A stretch of 61,934 nt of DNA, counting the filler, from Dimargaris cristalligena (Eukaryota), in assembly GCA_003614675.1 (NCBI GenBank). It is 10 parts of 10 records of this genome, joined end to end, with 100 filler letters (N's around TTAATTAATTAA, not from the genome) between each part and the next. Parts side by side here need not be neighbours in the genome. Positions count along the whole stretch, not along the records: positions 55,894 to 61,934 come from ML003559.1; 9 more parts are not named here. One strand, 5' to 3'. Made by a program: the position numbers and the translations under genes. Under the pieces are notes generated by a model that was not told the DNA's origin, searched no databases, and saw only the letters and a program-made list of their open reading frames with translations. This document shows positions 59,874 to 61,934 of the stretch, one piece after another. Every line of letters begins with the position of its first letter. The stretch's first letter is position 1.

Positions 59874-60700
59874 CAGGGTGGTGCTTTGATGTGTATTACT
59901 ATTACTATTACTATTGCTATTATTATGATTATGAACATGATGTTATGATTGGGTTGAGTTACAGCCATCTATACCCCTCTTAGGCCTTTGTATATTTGGT
60001 ATGCCTGAATAAAACCGAGTTGTTCCCCCATTTTTGACCAGAATATAGAATATATAGGATAAGGGATAGGGATCCTCATAGGCGGAGAGTAGTCTCCATC
60101 AAACAGCGGCGGTTGTTTACCTTTTTATTCTATAATATAACCCTCCCGGCTGTTACTTGGGGATGGGTGGGCGCATACTCTGTGGCCCTGGAAGAAACTT
60201 GACTGGCCTCAAACCCTGTGGTGCATTCTTTCCAGCTCCAGGGTAAGAAAACCTTGCCTCTTCACCCTACTGTTGCAGTGATTCCAATTCCAATTCCTAT
60301 TCCGATTGGCATCATTCCTTTTGTAATTAGTTTATTGGTCGCTCCGTTCTCTCGTGCAATAGAACTTTACAAGGCTCAGTTAACTGCTTTGGCAACCCTA
60401 ACTAACCCTCTAAGTCCGCATCCGAGTCCTTCCACTCCCACTCTCCGCGGGCTCGTCTAACATTTTCCTCACCTGCCCCCCCATTGCCCTCTGGGTCTGA
60501 GCTTCACTCTAGTCCCCTCTATCTCTTTCTTCACACGACTTGGGTGCCTTGCCCTGCGACCCTTTTCCCGCTGCGCCTGGTATCCCCCCCTCCTTGGAAG
60601 CCAGTGCTATTATTTATTATTTTTTTCGGGCTCAATTTCCCCCTCTCTATCCTACTCATCACATTAGTCTCGTTTCCGCCGTGGCATCCCTTCCGCTCCC

Positions 60701-61934
60701 ATGAGGCCCCTCGATTCCCCCGACCTAACCCCCTCGTTGGGCGGTACCGACACGACGTCGGTCACTGGTGAGGCTCCGCTCCCGGCCGCTGAACTTCAGG
60801 CCCTCCTATCGAGCTCCGCGACTGAGATCCAAGCTGGGCATACGGCCGATGCCAAGTACCCTACGCTGGACCAGTTGGTTCAAACTACCACTTCGGGCGA
60901 GTACAATCAAGCCCTGTTCCCCGATTGGGTACTGTTCGTCAAGACCCAGTCGGTCCCCTTGCCCGATTCCCTGTTTGACCAGTACGACCTCCTACACTGC
61001 CGGTGCTTCATGGGGCTGTTCCCCGAGATCCAGCGGGCGTGGCTGACCATTGACCACCGGCTCTTTCTCTGGAACTACGAGGACGGGTCCGAGTTTCACG
61101 CCTACGAGGAGCAGGACCAAATCATCATTAGTGTGGCCTTGGTTAAACCCCGGACTGATGTCCTGGATAGCCAGATTAACCACCTGCTGGTGCTCGCCAC
61201 CCCCTTGGAGGCGATTCTGCTGGGCGTTGCTTCCCGCCCCAGCAAAAAGAAGGCGGGCGGCGAAGTCACCTTCTACAGCACCCAGCTCAACGTGCCCACC
61301 GATAATGTCAGCATTCACCACATGGTGGGCAGTGCCGCCGGGCGCATCTTTATGGCCGGCAGCGACTCCAACCTGTACGAAATTGTCTACGCCGCCGAGG
61401 AGGGCTGGTTCAGCCGGCGGTGCCGCAAGGTCAACCTCACCGCCTCCATCTACTCGTATTTGATGCCCAGTTTCCTAACGGGTTCGGAGTCCGACCCCGT
61501 TATCCACATGGTGGTGGACGACTCCCGCCAGCTGCTCTACACCCTGTCATCCCAGTCGCACATTGAAGTGTATTACCTGGGGCCCGGGGGCGACGAATTC
61601 CACCACGTATGCCGCAATGACAGCATCTGCCGCAGTACCCTGGCCCTGTGCCCCTCGTCCGCCGTCATTCAGCGCAATAACTTTGTGATTGTGTCGCTGC
61701 ATGTCGTGCCGGCCTCCGAGTCGCGCCGGTTCCACCTGGTCGCCTCCACCTCGACCGGGTGCCGCCTCTACTTTACGACGGTGGCCCGCGACCAGCGCTT
61801 CTACGACCCCAGCTTTGATCCCTCCACCCTCCCCCCCACCTGCCTGGACCTGTTGCACGTTCGTTTACCGCCCCTCAACGGCCCGAGTTGGTCCGAACCA
61901 AAAACTGCCGGGGAGGGGTCAACGCCTGGGTGAG
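60701..61934 (+). CDS. NUP170: Nucleoporin Nup170/Nup157/Nup155, N-terminal part (truncated by the window end)
   Basis: MGLFPEIQRAWLTIDHRLFLWNY, VALVKP, GRIFMAG..LYEIVY.AEEGWF..C.KVNLT, VDDSR.LLYTLS and HVRLPP. Confidence 0.93.

Noticed and set aside
8544..61858. Many antisense or alternative-frame ORFs overlapping MSH1, kinesin, the carotenoid oxygenase, IPK and NUP170
   Set aside because: They are shadow ORFs of GC3-rich coding sequence with no independent motifs.

Overview
This is eukaryotic DNA, most likely from an early-diverging fungus (GT-AG introns, fungal MSH1/PEX7/SLS1/NUP170, and animal-shared GPLD1 and kinesin-12; a Zoopagomycota/Dimargaris-like source is a guess). It is not one locus. 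Ten unlinked ~6.0-6.2 kb contigs, sorted by size, are joined by artificial 100-nt N44-TTAATTAATTAA-N44 spacers. Housekeeping genes: ketopantoate reductase, RPS26, MSH1, PEX7, kinesin-12, a carotenoid oxygenase, an SLS1-like gene and NUP170/155. Also present are an NmrA-like gene with an internal TGA, a multi-exon secreted GPI-phospholipase D, several orphan secreted proteins and a 5'-truncated SAD1/USP39 fragment. Highlights: (1) contig 7 (37417-43484) carries decayed large-DNA-virus-like genes (AEP primase/D5-like, AntA-like) and an iteron-like repeat array next to an uninterrupted bacterial-type Rpn/PD-(D/E)XK nuclease with three spliceosomal introns; (2) a CpG-erased Ty3/Gypsy element has a dUTPase between RNase H and integrase; (3) an inositol polyphosphate kinase has a predicted signal peptide. 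All calls come from manual motif reading; no searches were run.
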